Below are positions 17,725 to 26,898 of a stretch of DNA of 64,000 nucleotides, in pieces. The notes below the pieces were generated by a model. The model was not told where the DNA came from. It made no database searches and worked only from the letters and a program-made list of their open reading frames with translations. Positions within the stretch are counted from its first letter, which is position 1, and each line of letters starts with the position of its first letter. This DNA is from Cyanobacteriota bacterium (lineage in GTDB: Bacteria; Acidobacteriota; Vicinamibacteria; Vicinamibacterales; UBA2999): the NCBI GenBank assembly GCA_019752015.1, contig JAIEMQ010000006.1:421118-485117 (forward strand). Reading direction: 5' to 3'. Made by a program: the position numbers and the translations under genes.

Positions 17725-17832
17725 GGTTTCACGGCGCCGCCGAGGTATGAAGGGGGCGCGGCGCCAGGGGAGAACAGTAGTGCGGCTGGTCCCTCAGATC
17801 AAGGGGTTGGTCACGCGATTGCGCGCAAACCC

Positions 17833-18321
17833 TTAGCGCTCTCCCTCGGCCGGCCCGCGCGCGTGCATGCTTATCTGACGGATTGCACCCATGTGATACG
17901 CCAGGTGCGCAATGCTGCCAATCATGCCGCTCAGCTCGATGTCCTGCACTTCCCGCGGCGTGCGCAGCACCACCAGCCACTTGGCGGCCTCGTCGCGCAG
18001 CTTGATGCGCAGCCCCTCCCATTCGCTTTCGGTGACGATGTTCGTCTTCCAGGCGGTCGACCAGTCGGCGCTGCCGAACGGATTTTCGCCCTGGCTCCAG
18101 CGGTTCATCAGCGACAGGCCGTAAGCGAGGTGGGCGACGTGCGACGCGATCGACGAGCCGGTGCGCGTTTTCGCCGAGGCCTCCGAGGCCGGCACGCGCT
18201 CGAGCGACCGCAGCAGCCCGCGATCGCGCGCGTTCAGCATGAAGCCGCCGCGGCCGGAGACGCCGTGCATCAGCTCGCCGAATAGGTTTTCCATGATCCC
18301 CGTCAGCTGGTCGGTGCGCAT
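17833..18321 (-). CDS. DinB-family protein
   Basis: The four-helix pattern carries conserved His residues (SIASHVAHLAYGL...GSIAHLAYHMGAIRQI). Confidence 0.7.
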   Translation of the reverse strand: MRTDQLTGIMENLFGELMHGVSGRGGFMLNARDRGLLRSLERVPASEASAKTRTGSSIASHVAHLAYGLSLMNRWSQGENPFGSADWSTAWKTNIVTESEWEGLRIKLRDEAAKWLVVLRTPREVQDIELSGMIGSIAHLAYHMGAIRQISMHARGPAEGER

Positions 18322-18349
18322 GCCGTATTAAAGCTCTGCTGGCCGCCGG

Positions 18350-19663
18350 ATGTCGATTGACGTCGCGGGAAAGCCCCTATCGGTACCGCTATTACTCTCC
18401 GTTATCGTGGAGGAGATGCCGACCGCCTCGCATGACAGCACCGCGTTGGAACTCGCGCGCGAGCTCGCCGACATGCGGCTGCTCCATGACCTCAGCTCGC
18501 AGTTGATCGCTGAACAACAGATTGACTCGCTCTACGACCGGGTCGCGGGCGCAGCGATGGCGCTGATGCGATCGGATTTCTCGAGCATGCAGGTGCTGCA
18601 TCCTGATCGCAATGGCGGCGAGCTGCGGTTGCTGGCGCACCGGGGATTGACTGCCGCCGACGCCGAGCGCTGGAAATGGGTCGCGCACGACGCCGCCACC
18701 TCCTGCGGCGCCGCGCTGCGGGCCCGGACCCGCGTCATCGTGCCCGACATGGAGCAGTCTGATCTGATCGCGCCGGCGCTCCCCGCGTTTCGCCAGGCCG
18801 GCATTCGCTCCGCGCAAAGCACGCCGTTGTTCAGCCGTGACGGAGAGCTGGTCGGCATGCTCACCACGCACTGGCGGCGCGTGCACAGCCCTTCTGAGCG
18901 CGAGCTGGCGCTGTTCGACATCCTGGCGCGCCAGGCCGCGGATCTGATTCACCATCGCCGCGGCGAAGACCGGCTGCGAGAGGCGCACGACGTGCTCGAG
19001 CAGCGCGTCGCCGATCGCACGCGTGAAGTCCGCGATCTGCTCGCGCGCGTCGTCCAGGGCCTGGAGGATGAGCGGCACAGAATTGCGCGCGACATTCACG
19101 ATCATGTCGGCCAGCAGTTGACGGCCCTGCGCATGAATATTCACCTGATGGCGACCTCGCCGTCGACCGAGCAGTCCGGACGCACCCAGAGCCTCGCCGA
19201 GACGCTCGATCGGACGATCGAAGGTCTCGCCTGGGAGCTGCGGCCGCCCGAGCTCGAGCTCGTTGGTCTCGCCGGCGCCTTGTGGTCGCTGGTCGATGAA
19301 TGGACGGCGCGATTCAACGTGCCCGCCGACTGCGATCTGTCAGAGATGATGAAGGTTCGCTTCGACCGCGACACGGAATCGAACGTTTACCGCATCGCCC
19401 AGGAGGCGCTGCACAACGTCTCCAGGCACGCGCACGCCTCTCACGTCGACGTCGATCTCGTTCACGTGCCGGCCGGCTGCCTGTTGACGATTCGGGATGA
19501 CGGTGATGGTTTTCCGGCGACGGCACGCAGCACCACGGGCGGACGCCATCTCGGGCTCGTCAACATGCGCGAGCGGGCGGCGTTGATTGGCGGCACCCTG
19601 GCGATCGAATCCGGTCCGGCGGGCACGATGGTGCGACTGTTCATCCCGGAATCCAGCGACTGA
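18350..19663 (+). CDS. GAF-domain sensor histidine kinase (HisKA_3/NarL-partner type)
   Basis: A GAF-like N-terminal half (LHPDRNGGELRLLAHRGL...GMLTTHW) is followed by the H-box RIARDIHDHVGQQLTALRM. The ATPase boxes are EALHNVSRHA, DDGDGF and GLVNMRERA. Confidence 0.9.
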   Translation: MSIDVAGKPLSVPLLLSVIVEEMPTASHDSTALELARELADMRLLHDLSSQLIAEQQIDSLYDRVAGAAMALMRSDFSSMQVLHPDRNGGELRLLAHRGLTAADAERWKWVAHDAATSCGAALRARTRVIVPDMEQSDLIAPALPAFRQAGIRSAQSTPLFSRDGELVGMLTTHWRRVHSPSERELALFDILARQAADLIHHRRGEDRLREAHDVLEQRVADRTREVRDLLARVVQGLEDERHRIARDIHDHVGQQLTALRMNIHLMATSPSTEQSGRTQSLAETLDRTIEGLAWELRPPELELVGLAGALWSLVDEWTARFNVPADCDLSEMMKVRFDRDTESNVYRIAQEALHNVSRHAHASHVDVDLVHVPAGCLLTIRDDGDGFPATARSTTGGRHLGLVNMRERAALIGGTLAIESGPAGTMVRLFIPESSD

Positions 19664-19678
19664 TCGCCCGCGCGTGGT

Positions 19679-20191
19679 TCACACGTTGTCGAACCACCCC
19701 TGCAGGGCTGCGTACCTGATCACGTCGCGGCGGCTCCCCAGTCCCAGCTTCTTCATCGCATGACTCTTGTGCGCTTCGACGGTCTTCAGCGCGATCGTCA
19801 GTGAGTCGGCAATTTCCTGGTTGGCGTGGCCGAGCGCCGAGCGGCGCAGCACATCGAGCTCGCGATCCGAAAGCAACGGTCCGATCCCCGGCGGCAGGAG
19901 CGGCGGGCCCTGCGCCGCATCGAGATGGTGTTCGCCTCGCATCACCGCGTCGATCGCTTTTCGCAGCTCTTCGAACGAGCTTTGCTTGAGCACGTAGCCG
20001 CGCGCGCCGGCGGCGAACGCGTCCCGCACGTAGCCCACCTCGCGGTATCGGGAAAACACGATCACCTTGGTGCGCGCATTGACGTACCGTAATTGCCGGA
20101 TCAGCGTCAGCCCATTCACTCGCGGCATCGACAGATCGACGACCGTCGAGGTCGAACTACCGGCCCGCACAGGAGTGGAGCACATGAGCAT
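19679..20191 (-). CDS. LuxR/NarL-family response regulator lacking the N-terminal half of its receiver domain
   Basis: The C-terminal HTH is intact (LSDRELDVLRRSALGHANQEIADSLTIALKTVEAHKSHAMKKLG). The receiver starts only at ...VVDLSMPRVNGLTLIRQL...KVIVFS...GARGYVLK. There is no upstream DD acidic pocket. Upstream codons are antisense to the ferritin-like gene and the start is uncertain (20191, 20185 or 20128). Confidence 0.6.
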   Translation of the reverse strand: MLMCSTPVRAGSSTSTVVDLSMPRVNGLTLIRQLRYVNARTKVIVFSRYREVGYVRDAFAAGARGYVLKQSSFEELRKAIDAVMRGEHHLDAAQGPPLLPPGIGPLLSDRELDVLRRSALGHANQEIADSLTIALKTVEAHKSHAMKKLGLGSRRDVIRYAALQGWFDNV

Positions 20192-21008
20192 GGACAAGAC
20201 GACGGCAATCAAAGATCTGGTCGCCAATCCCCTGAGTCGCCGGACGTTCGCCAAGCGAGCCATGGCCACCGGCATGATGGCCGCGGTGGCCTCGAGCGTC
20301 GGGTTTCCGGGCGTTGCCGACGCGCAATCGCTGACCGACGTGGACATTTTGAACTTCGCGTTGAACCTCGAATACCTCGAGGCCGAGTTCTACACGGTGG
20401 CGACGACCGGACGCCGCATCGAAGATGTCGGCATCGGCGTCAGCGGCGTCGGCACGCTCGGCGGAACCGTCGGCGGCAGCGTCGTTTCGATGGACAACCG
20501 GGCAATGCAGGTGGCGCGCGATATCGCGAACGAAGAACAGATGCACGTGCGTTTTCTCCGCACCGCACTCGGCTCGGCGGCAATTGCCAAGCCGGCCATC
20601 AACCTGGCCGCCCTGGGCATTGGTTTCGGCAACGTCAACGAATTCCTGACGCTGGCGCGCGCGTTCGAAGACGTCGGCGTCACCGCCTACAACGGCGCCG
20701 CGCCGCTCATCAGCAGCCGCGCGATCCTCGCGTCGGCCGCCGGCATTGCGTTGACCGAAGCGCAGCACGCCGGCGTCCTCCGTTACCTCGTTTACGATCG
20801 CGGCATCGCGGTCCCGCAGCTCGACAACGTCGACGTGCCGCCGCTGGCCTCGCCGAACGGGCGTCTCTTCAACGTCAACAACGAAGGGCTGAGCCCCGCT
20901 CGCACCCCGAGCCAGGTGTTGTCGATCGTCTACGCCAACCGCACCGCCAGCGCGCGGAGCGGCGGCTTCTTCCCGGGCGGCTTCAACGGCACGATCACCC
21001 AGGTGTAA
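20184..21008 (+). CDS. Ferritin-like domain protein with Tat signal
   Basis: AGGAGTGGAG precedes the ATG at 20184. The twin-arginine signal is SRRTFAKRAMATGMMAAVA. The domain reads DILNFALNLEYLEAEFY...EQMHVRFL...FEDVGVTAYNGAAP...EAQHAG. Confidence 0.85.
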   Translation: MSMDKTTAIKDLVANPLSRRTFAKRAMATGMMAAVASSVGFPGVADAQSLTDVDILNFALNLEYLEAEFYTVATTGRRIEDVGIGVSGVGTLGGTVGGSVVSMDNRAMQVARDIANEEQMHVRFLRTALGSAAIAKPAINLAALGIGFGNVNEFLTLARAFEDVGVTAYNGAAPLISSRAILASAAGIALTEAQHAGVLRYLVYDRGIAVPQLDNVDVPPLASPNGRLFNVNNEGLSPARTPSQVLSIVYANRTASARSGGFFPGGFNGTITQV

Positions 21009-21205
21009 GGGCTTCACGCACGGCGCTGCGAGAAGTCCGTTGGCGGCGGCGGAGACCCGATCTCCGTCGCCGCTGTTGTTGTTTGAAGGAATGAAGTGCG
21101 AATCTATTTAGCTGCCGCCGCGATTGCAGCGTTGACGATGGCCGCGGCCGCGCAGCAGGGCGCCAAACCCGATCCGCAGTCGCGGCCTTTGCGTCCGCGT
21201 GGCAG

Positions 21206-22453
21206 TTGACCGGGCGCGATGCCAACGACGCGTTGAAGGTGGGTCCGGGACGGGGCAACTCGTCGAGCGGCGACACCCGGGTGAGAAACCTGCTGGTCGT
21301 TTCAGAAGTCGCACTCGCGCTGATGCTGCTGATCGGCGCCGGCCTGCTGACGCGCAGCCTGACCAGCCTGCGCGGTGTCGATCCCGGCTTCGATGCCGCC
21401 AACACCTGGACCGCCTCCATTGATATTCCCGATGCGAAATACCCGACGCCCGAAGTCCGCAACCAGTTCTTCGATCGCGTCATCGACAGCGTGCGGGCGC
21501 TGCCCGGCGTGCAGTCGGCAGCGCGGATCGACACGATTCCGTTCGGCGGCGGCTCGATCCAGTACGTGACCTACGACGGCCTGCCGGCGATGAAGGACTC
21601 GGAGCTGCCGGTGGTGCAGGTGCGGATGGCGTCGCCGGATTATTTCGCGACCGCGAAGATCCGCTTCGTCTCGGGCCGCGACTTCACCGCCGCGGACGCG
21701 TTCGGCACGCCGCGCGTGCTGATCGTCAGCGAGACGGCGGCGGCGAAGTTCTTCCCCGGCCAGGATCCGCTCGGCCGGCACGTCACGCTGAAGATGATGA
21801 GCGAAGAGCCCGCGGAGATCATCGGCGTGGTCAGAGAGGTGAAGATGGATGCGCTCGATGCGAGCGCGGACACCGACGCCGCGGTCTACGCGCCGGCGGC
21901 GCAGTTCGGCCTCGGCGGCTCGACGCTGGTGGTGCGGACCGCGGCAGAGCCGGCCTCGCTGACCTGTTCGGTGATCACAGCCGTGCGCGCCATCGATCCC
22001 GAGCAGCCGGTCCTCAACATCCAGACCATGGAGGAGGCGGTCGAGGAGTCGCTGGGGCAGCGGCCGCTGGCCATGCTGCTGCTGGGCGCGTTCGCGTCGC
22101 TGGCGCTGGTGCTGGCCACGGTCGGCATCTACAGCGTGCTGGCCTACACGCTGCGCCAGCGCGTGCGCGAGATTGGCATCCGCCTGGCGCTCGGCGCGCC
22201 GGTCAAGGGCTTGCTGCGGATGATCGTGATCGAAGGGCTGAAGCCGACGCTGATCGGCGTCGTCCTCGGCTTGATCCTGGCGGCCGCGCTGGTGCGCGTG
22301 ATGGCGACGCTGCTGTTCGGCGTCAGCCAGTACGATCCGCGCACCTTCTCGATCGTGGCGCTGGTGATGCTGGGTGTCGGGATCGTGGCGACGCTATTGC
22401 CGGCGTATCGCGCGACGCGCGTCGATCCGATCGTCACGCTGCGATCGGAGTAA
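21206..22453 (+). CDS. MacB/FtsX-type ABC permease corresponding to the C-terminal half of an ADOP (duplicated orphan permease) protein
   Basis: A TTG start gives TGRDANDALKVGPGRG...RVRNLLVVSEVALALMLLIGAGLL (TM). A MacB-like periplasmic domain and three TMs of FtsX type follow (REIGIRLALGA...YRATRVDPIVTLRSE). No N-terminal repeat unit is present. Confidence 0.8.
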   Translation: MTGRDANDALKVGPGRGNSSSGDTRVRNLLVVSEVALALMLLIGAGLLTRSLTSLRGVDPGFDAANTWTASIDIPDAKYPTPEVRNQFFDRVIDSVRALPGVQSAARIDTIPFGGGSIQYVTYDGLPAMKDSELPVVQVRMASPDYFATAKIRFVSGRDFTAADAFGTPRVLIVSETAAAKFFPGQDPLGRHVTLKMMSEEPAEIIGVVREVKMDALDASADTDAAVYAPAAQFGLGGSTLVVRTAAEPASLTCSVITAVRAIDPEQPVLNIQTMEEAVEESLGQRPLAMLLLGAFASLALVLATVGIYSVLAYTLRQRVREIGIRLALGAPVKGLLRMIVIEGLKPTLIGVVLGLILAAALVRVMATLLFGVSQYDPRTFSIVALVMLGVGIVATLLPAYRATRVDPIVTLRSE

Positions 22454-22461
22454 TCGACGGC

Positions 22462-22872
22462 TCAGTAATCCGGATCGGCGTTCCACAGCCACTCGACGGC
22501 GTCTTTCTCGTCGACGAAGATTTCGGCGATGGCGCTGAAGGTGGCCTGCCGGAACTTGCGCGCGAGCTGGTGCTGCACCGGCGAGGAGACCAGGTAGGCC
22601 TGGACGCGCGCAACCGGACCGTCGGTAAGCGTGGCGAACGCGGCGGTGTCCGATGCGGACGTGATGCCCCTCACATCGACCAGGACTCTGGACGCCCACG
22701 TCAGCAGGCCGCTGCTGACCAGGTGATCTCTGATCGCGCGTTGATCGTCGAGGGACGGCCACTCGCCGTTGAACGTGAAGCGCAGGAAACTCGGCGCGTC
22801 GCTCGAGTCGACCTCGATGGCGGCGTGTGGTGCGACCGCAATCGCCGGGACGATGCCGGATGCGCTGGACAC
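22462..22872 (-). CDS. Hypothetical protein (possibly STAS/SpoIIAA-like); start uncertain
   Basis: The C-terminal 130 aa of ORF 22462..23133 have coding-like composition (FLRFTFNGEWPSLDDQRAIRDHLVSSGLL...). GTG at 22872 was chosen because it is the first start past the overlap with the zinc-ribbon gene. Confidence 0.4.
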   Translation of the reverse strand: MSSASGIVPAIAVAPHAAIEVDSSDAPSFLRFTFNGEWPSLDDQRAIRDHLVSSGLLTWASRVLVDVRGITSASDTAAFATLTDGPVARVQAYLVSSPVQHQLARKFRQATFSAIAEIFVDEKDAVEWLWNADPDY

Positions 22873-22985
22873 GCACGCAGTGTAGGGCAGCTGAGGTTGA
22901 CTACAGCTCAGCCTTGGAAATAAGCCGTTCCGAAGCGCGCAATTCAGGGAACGTGATTGGCGGATTCCCTTAGCGGCGGATCGTG

Positions 22986-23186
22986 CTACGCCGGAATATC
23001 GTGCGCCAGCTTCGGCACGATCCACGACTGCAGGCAGTCGCGGCACTGCATGGTGATGTTGACGATGGTCGGATCGCGCTTGTCGGTGGCGACGCTGACC
23101 GGCCGCGCGGTGTGCGCGGCGCAGTGCGGACACGCCACCGAAGGCGGCCGATCATCGGGAATGAGGGGCTCGTCGTCGTTCGCCAT
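22986..23186 (-). CDS. Small Cys4 zinc-ribbon protein (66 aa)
   Basis: MANDDEPLIPDDRPPSVACPHCAAH...MQCRDCLQSW contains a CxxC...CxxC pair. The ATG is at 23186. Confidence 0.5.
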   Translation of the reverse strand: MANDDEPLIPDDRPPSVACPHCAAHTARPVSVATDKRDPTIVNITMQCRDCLQSWIVPKLAHDIPA

Positions 23187-23287
23187 ATCCGATTTTAGAA
23201 AATCTTTTTTCGATCGAAAAGCTGAGCGGCGGAGCGGCCGGCCCGGCACCGCCTGACGCCGCGCTACGGACGTGAGATGCTGCTGGT

Positions 23288-23728
23288 ATGAGCAGGACGA
23301 CGTATGCGTTGTGGGCGGCGGGGACGTTCGTGGCGATCGCGGTGCTGGTGGCGGCGGGGCAGCGGATTGCGCCGCCGCAGCAGGCGTCGAACAGCGCCGA
23401 ATCGCGCCACGCGTGCAAGGTCGACGCGCCCGAGGCGTTGAAGGCGGCCGGCGCGCAGTGGTGCGCGATCGGATTGTTCAAGAGCGTGACGGTCAGCAGC
23501 GATGCGGAGAACGTGATTGCGGTGCTGCAGTTTTCGCCGAACGGCGCGCAGGCGTGGCAGATCCAGAGCGGCGGTCTGATCAACGAGTTCCGCTCGCTGA
23601 CGGATCGCACGGCGATCGACGCGAAGGGGAAGAACGTGTCGGTGGACGTGCACGACGCGGCTGATAAACGCATCGCCGCCTGCGCGCGCCTCACCGCGGA
23701 GCCGATGGCGAAATGCGAGGTGAAATGA
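23288..23728 (+). CDS. Membrane-anchored or secreted hypothetical protein
   Basis: The N-terminal TM/signal is YALWAAGTFVAIAVLVAAG. Four Cys residues are present. Composition is coding-like and I recognised no family. Confidence 0.55.
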   Translation: MSRTTYALWAAGTFVAIAVLVAAGQRIAPPQQASNSAESRHACKVDAPEALKAAGAQWCAIGLFKSVTVSSDAENVIAVLQFSPNGAQAWQIQSGGLINEFRSLTDRTAIDAKGKNVSVDVHDAADKRIAACARLTAEPMAKCEVK

Positions 23729-23836
23729 TCCTCGACGCGGATTACGTGACGGCGCGACATCGGGATTGGCCGCAACTCGCGAGCGGGCGCTTCGCTCCCG
23801 CAGCAGATTGCGCGCAATCCGGATCGATCAAACCGC

Positions 23837-26467
23837 TCAACCGATGTTCAGCCGCTGCCGTTTCAGGTAGAGACCTTTCCTCGACAAGCCGAGCATGCGT
23901 GCCGCTTCATCGAGGTGGCCGTCGGTCATCGACAGCGCGCGCTGAATAGCCGCGCGCTCGACATGCTCCACAGCGGCCGATAGCGGCTGATCGATGCGCG
24001 TGATGATTTCGCTGAAGCCACGCGGCACCTGGCCGGTAGGGATGGTGCGGCGGCTGGCGACGATTGGATCCGAGAGGTGCGCGGGCATCAAGACCGACCC
24101 AGACTCCGCGAACGCCACCATGCGCCGGATTTCGTTGGCGAGTTGCCGAACATTTCCCGGCCAGCGAAACAGCACCAAGTACTCGAGCGTTTCATCAGCG
24201 ATTCGAAGCAACGGTTTGTCGTACTCGCGTCCGAACTTCTCCAGGAAATGATCGACAAGCGCCGGAATCTCCTCGCGCCGATCTCGGAGTGGCGGAATAT
24301 GGATGCGGATCACGTTCAGTCGATAGAACAGGTCCTCACGGAACCTTCCATCAGCGACCATTTGATCCAGTTTCGCGTTTGTCGCAGCAACCACCCGGAC
24401 ATCCACGAATTGCGGTTTTGAGTCGCCGAGTGGAAGAATTTCTCCCGATTCGAGGAATCTCAATAACTTGGGTTGAGTCTCAATTGCCGTCTCACCGATT
24501 TCGTCCAGGAACAGTGTGCCGCCACTCGCGGACCGGATCACGCCGGGTGCATCCTCATGTGCGCCAGTGAAAGAGCCGCGCCGGTGGCCGAACAATTGAC
24601 TATCAAAAAGCTCCCGCGGCACGGTGCCGCAGTTGAATGGCAAGAAGACGCGATCGGCGCGATGCGATGAGCGATGGAGGGCCTGCGCAAAGAGTTCCTT
24701 GCCAACGCCGGTTTCGCCTTCGAGGAGCACGGTTACACTCGAGGTAGCGACGCGTCGAATTGTTTGGATGAGTTCGAGCATCCGCTCCGATGAACAGATC
24801 AAGCCGAGTTGCTCATTGGATTGTTCCTGCCAATTCGATGTGCGCTCGCGTTCTCGCTGACTCTCTTTCGCCAAGGCGACAGCGGCGTTGGCGAGGCGTT
24901 CGATACAGAGTAGTGTGGCTCTCGTCGTCGTCGTGGCAGTTGCACTAGCTTCGATCGTGGCACGACCCTCGGAGTTGATCTCGACCTTTGTTATCGACTC
25001 GCCGGAACCTGTGGCGTCGATTAAGGTCGCTGCTTGTGATGCCAAAAGCTGCGCATTGGCTCCGCTCGCGACGAACGCTGCGATTTGTTCTGTGACTCTT
25101 GCCGCGACACTTTCAGGATCGGTGGCGTCGGGTGCGGCATTACCAGTCCCAGTGTTGAATAGTTGCAGTTTTTCACGATCGATGATCTGAGCCTCGGCGA
25201 AATTCCCAAGTATCTCGAAGCTTGTTTTAGCGCGGTCCAAGTGAGCGAAGGCCGCGGCCCTACAGTCATGAGCGACCAAGCCGCCGATGACTCTAAATAT
25301 TTCCGCAAGAACGTCCAACGGCGGCTGCGGCATTATGGAAAGGGCAGCTGCAACTGCTGACATCCCGATATTTGGCTCCCCGGTTAACCCAAGCCCTTCG
25401 GCAATGAGCGCATGCATTCGAGCGAGGAGATTGCGATCCGCCATCTTTTGAATTCTAGGTAACGCTTCTTGTGCAACACGAAGGCCCAAACTTGCTTGAT
25501 TGGATCTATAGAGCCATCGAACTCGTGTGACGAGCGACCAAAGACCATGATAGGAGTCGTGGAGATTTGACTCATCCAAAAGCGTTCGGATAGAGACATC
25601 CCATTTTCCGGCCTCCTCGAGTCTGTCCTGACAGAGGCTTAGCAGCATCAAAGTATCTCGCAATGCGATCTTGGCACTGCCGCGGTCTCGAGCCGCGGTA
25701 AGAGCTTTCTGAAGCCGCTTCTCTGCTTCAGCGAACTCAGCTTGATTAATCAAGATGTACCCAAGAAGAATCGGGAGATTGGATCTTGCGACACTTACAT
25801 CGGCATCTTGTTCGAGCTCAAGTCCGTGACGGAGGGCTTCGGTGAAATCGCCTTCAGCCGCAGCGAGCGCGACCTCGAGATACATTAGATCGTGGCGGTA
25901 TGCGAGGTTCGGGACCTTGGGGAGAAGAGCGCGTGCGGTTTGGAGGTGCTTGCGGGCTGCGGGGAAAATAGCCAACTTCGCGAAGAGCTCTGTCAAGGCG
26001 AATTGAAACGTAAGGGCTATTGATGGATCGCCGATTTGATAAGTTTTGCGCCGGAGCGACGCCACACTGGCATCTGCGTCTTGGGGGCCCAGCCAATGGA
26101 TTTGATGCCGGAAGAAGTTCACGCGTAGGTTGCATTCGCTCCAAAGCTCGCCGGAATTCACGGCAAGTTCGATGCCGCGCCGAAATGATTCCGAGCCTTT
26201 TTCGTTATCTCCCTTCCGGAAGTAGCACTCGCCCAACGTCTGATGCGTGCAGCATCGTTGTTGAATTGAAAGATTGCGGTCTTGAAGGACGCTATGCGCC
26301 TGGCGCAAAGCGTCGTCCCACTCACCTCTTCGAGCAAGCAATTCGACGAGAAGTACTCTCTCGCCGGCTTGAAGCAATCGCCGTTTAGACTCTTCCTGGA
26401 GGGAATCCAGCGCCTGTTTGTAACGACCTTGATCATACAGTGCGCCGATATCTGGTAGGGACGCCAT
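23837..26467 (-). CDS. Sigma54-dependent transcriptional activator with a long TPR-like N-terminal domain
   Basis: Walker A is GETGVGKE, the GAFTGA variant is GSFTGA, and Walker B is LFLDEIG. Other matches are ESGEILPLG, FREDLFYRLNV, WPGNVRQL and a C-terminal Fis-type HTH (RALSMTDGHLDEAARMLGLSRKGLYLK). The N-terminal ~500 aa are helical-repeat-like with no receiver. Confidence 0.9.
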   Translation of the reverse strand: MASLPDIGALYDQGRYKQALDSLQEESKRRLLQAGERVLLVELLARRGEWDDALRQAHSVLQDRNLSIQQRCCTHQTLGECYFRKGDNEKGSESFRRGIELAVNSGELWSECNLRVNFFRHQIHWLGPQDADASVASLRRKTYQIGDPSIALTFQFALTELFAKLAIFPAARKHLQTARALLPKVPNLAYRHDLMYLEVALAAAEGDFTEALRHGLELEQDADVSVARSNLPILLGYILINQAEFAEAEKRLQKALTAARDRGSAKIALRDTLMLLSLCQDRLEEAGKWDVSIRTLLDESNLHDSYHGLWSLVTRVRWLYRSNQASLGLRVAQEALPRIQKMADRNLLARMHALIAEGLGLTGEPNIGMSAVAAALSIMPQPPLDVLAEIFRVIGGLVAHDCRAAAFAHLDRAKTSFEILGNFAEAQIIDREKLQLFNTGTGNAAPDATDPESVAARVTEQIAAFVASGANAQLLASQAATLIDATGSGESITKVEINSEGRATIEASATATTTTRATLLCIERLANAAVALAKESQRERERTSNWQEQSNEQLGLICSSERMLELIQTIRRVATSSVTVLLEGETGVGKELFAQALHRSSHRADRVFLPFNCGTVPRELFDSQLFGHRRGSFTGAHEDAPGVIRSASGGTLFLDEIGETAIETQPKLLRFLESGEILPLGDSKPQFVDVRVVAATNAKLDQMVADGRFREDLFYRLNVIRIHIPPLRDRREEIPALVDHFLEKFGREYDKPLLRIADETLEYLVLFRWPGNVRQLANEIRRMVAFAESGSVLMPAHLSDPIVASRRTIPTGQVPRGFSEIITRIDQPLSAAVEHVERAAIQRALSMTDGHLDEAARMLGLSRKGLYLKRQRLNIG

Positions 26468-26898
26468 AGAATCCCCCTGTTTTCTCGACGTTGACTCACT
26501 TTGCTCCGGCTAACTCCAGCGCGATGTCGTAAGCTTAATGTGAATTCAATTTCGATGGGTTGACTCCGCCCGGAATAAGCTTCGAATCTGGCGATCAGCG
26601 GGCGGAAACGACCGACAAGAAATGAGATGCCTTAAGCAAGATCCTACCGATGTACGCAATTCTTGCGTCACGAAACACAAAGTTCATGACGTTCGGTCTC
26701 GACTAAGCGTCATGAAACTTGGTAGGACCGCCGCACGTCGGCCGTTTCATCGACGTCGCCTTTGACAAGACGCCGCCATTCGACGAGTACGGCGACCGCG
26801 ATCTTTAGCCGCGTCATACTGACCATTGAAGCGCTGACGCTCAGTTAATTGCGTTAGCTGCCGAACGACGGGCGCCGACATAGTCACTCGAATAGAAA

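Noticed and set aside
20093-21094. A 333-aa ORF overlapping the ferritin-like gene in another frame.
   Set aside because: It is a Arg/Gly/Pro-rich shadow frame. The co-located frame has a Tat signal, an RBS and ferritin-like motifs.
26700-26881. Small minus-strand ORFs in the HD-GYP/EBP spacer, for example a 44-codon ORF from ATG 26881 and a 38-codon ORF MVSMTRLKIAVAVLVEWRRLVKGDVDE...
   Set aside because: They lack an RBS, have no recognisable family, overlap each other in different frames, and are below any confidence I can justify by eye.
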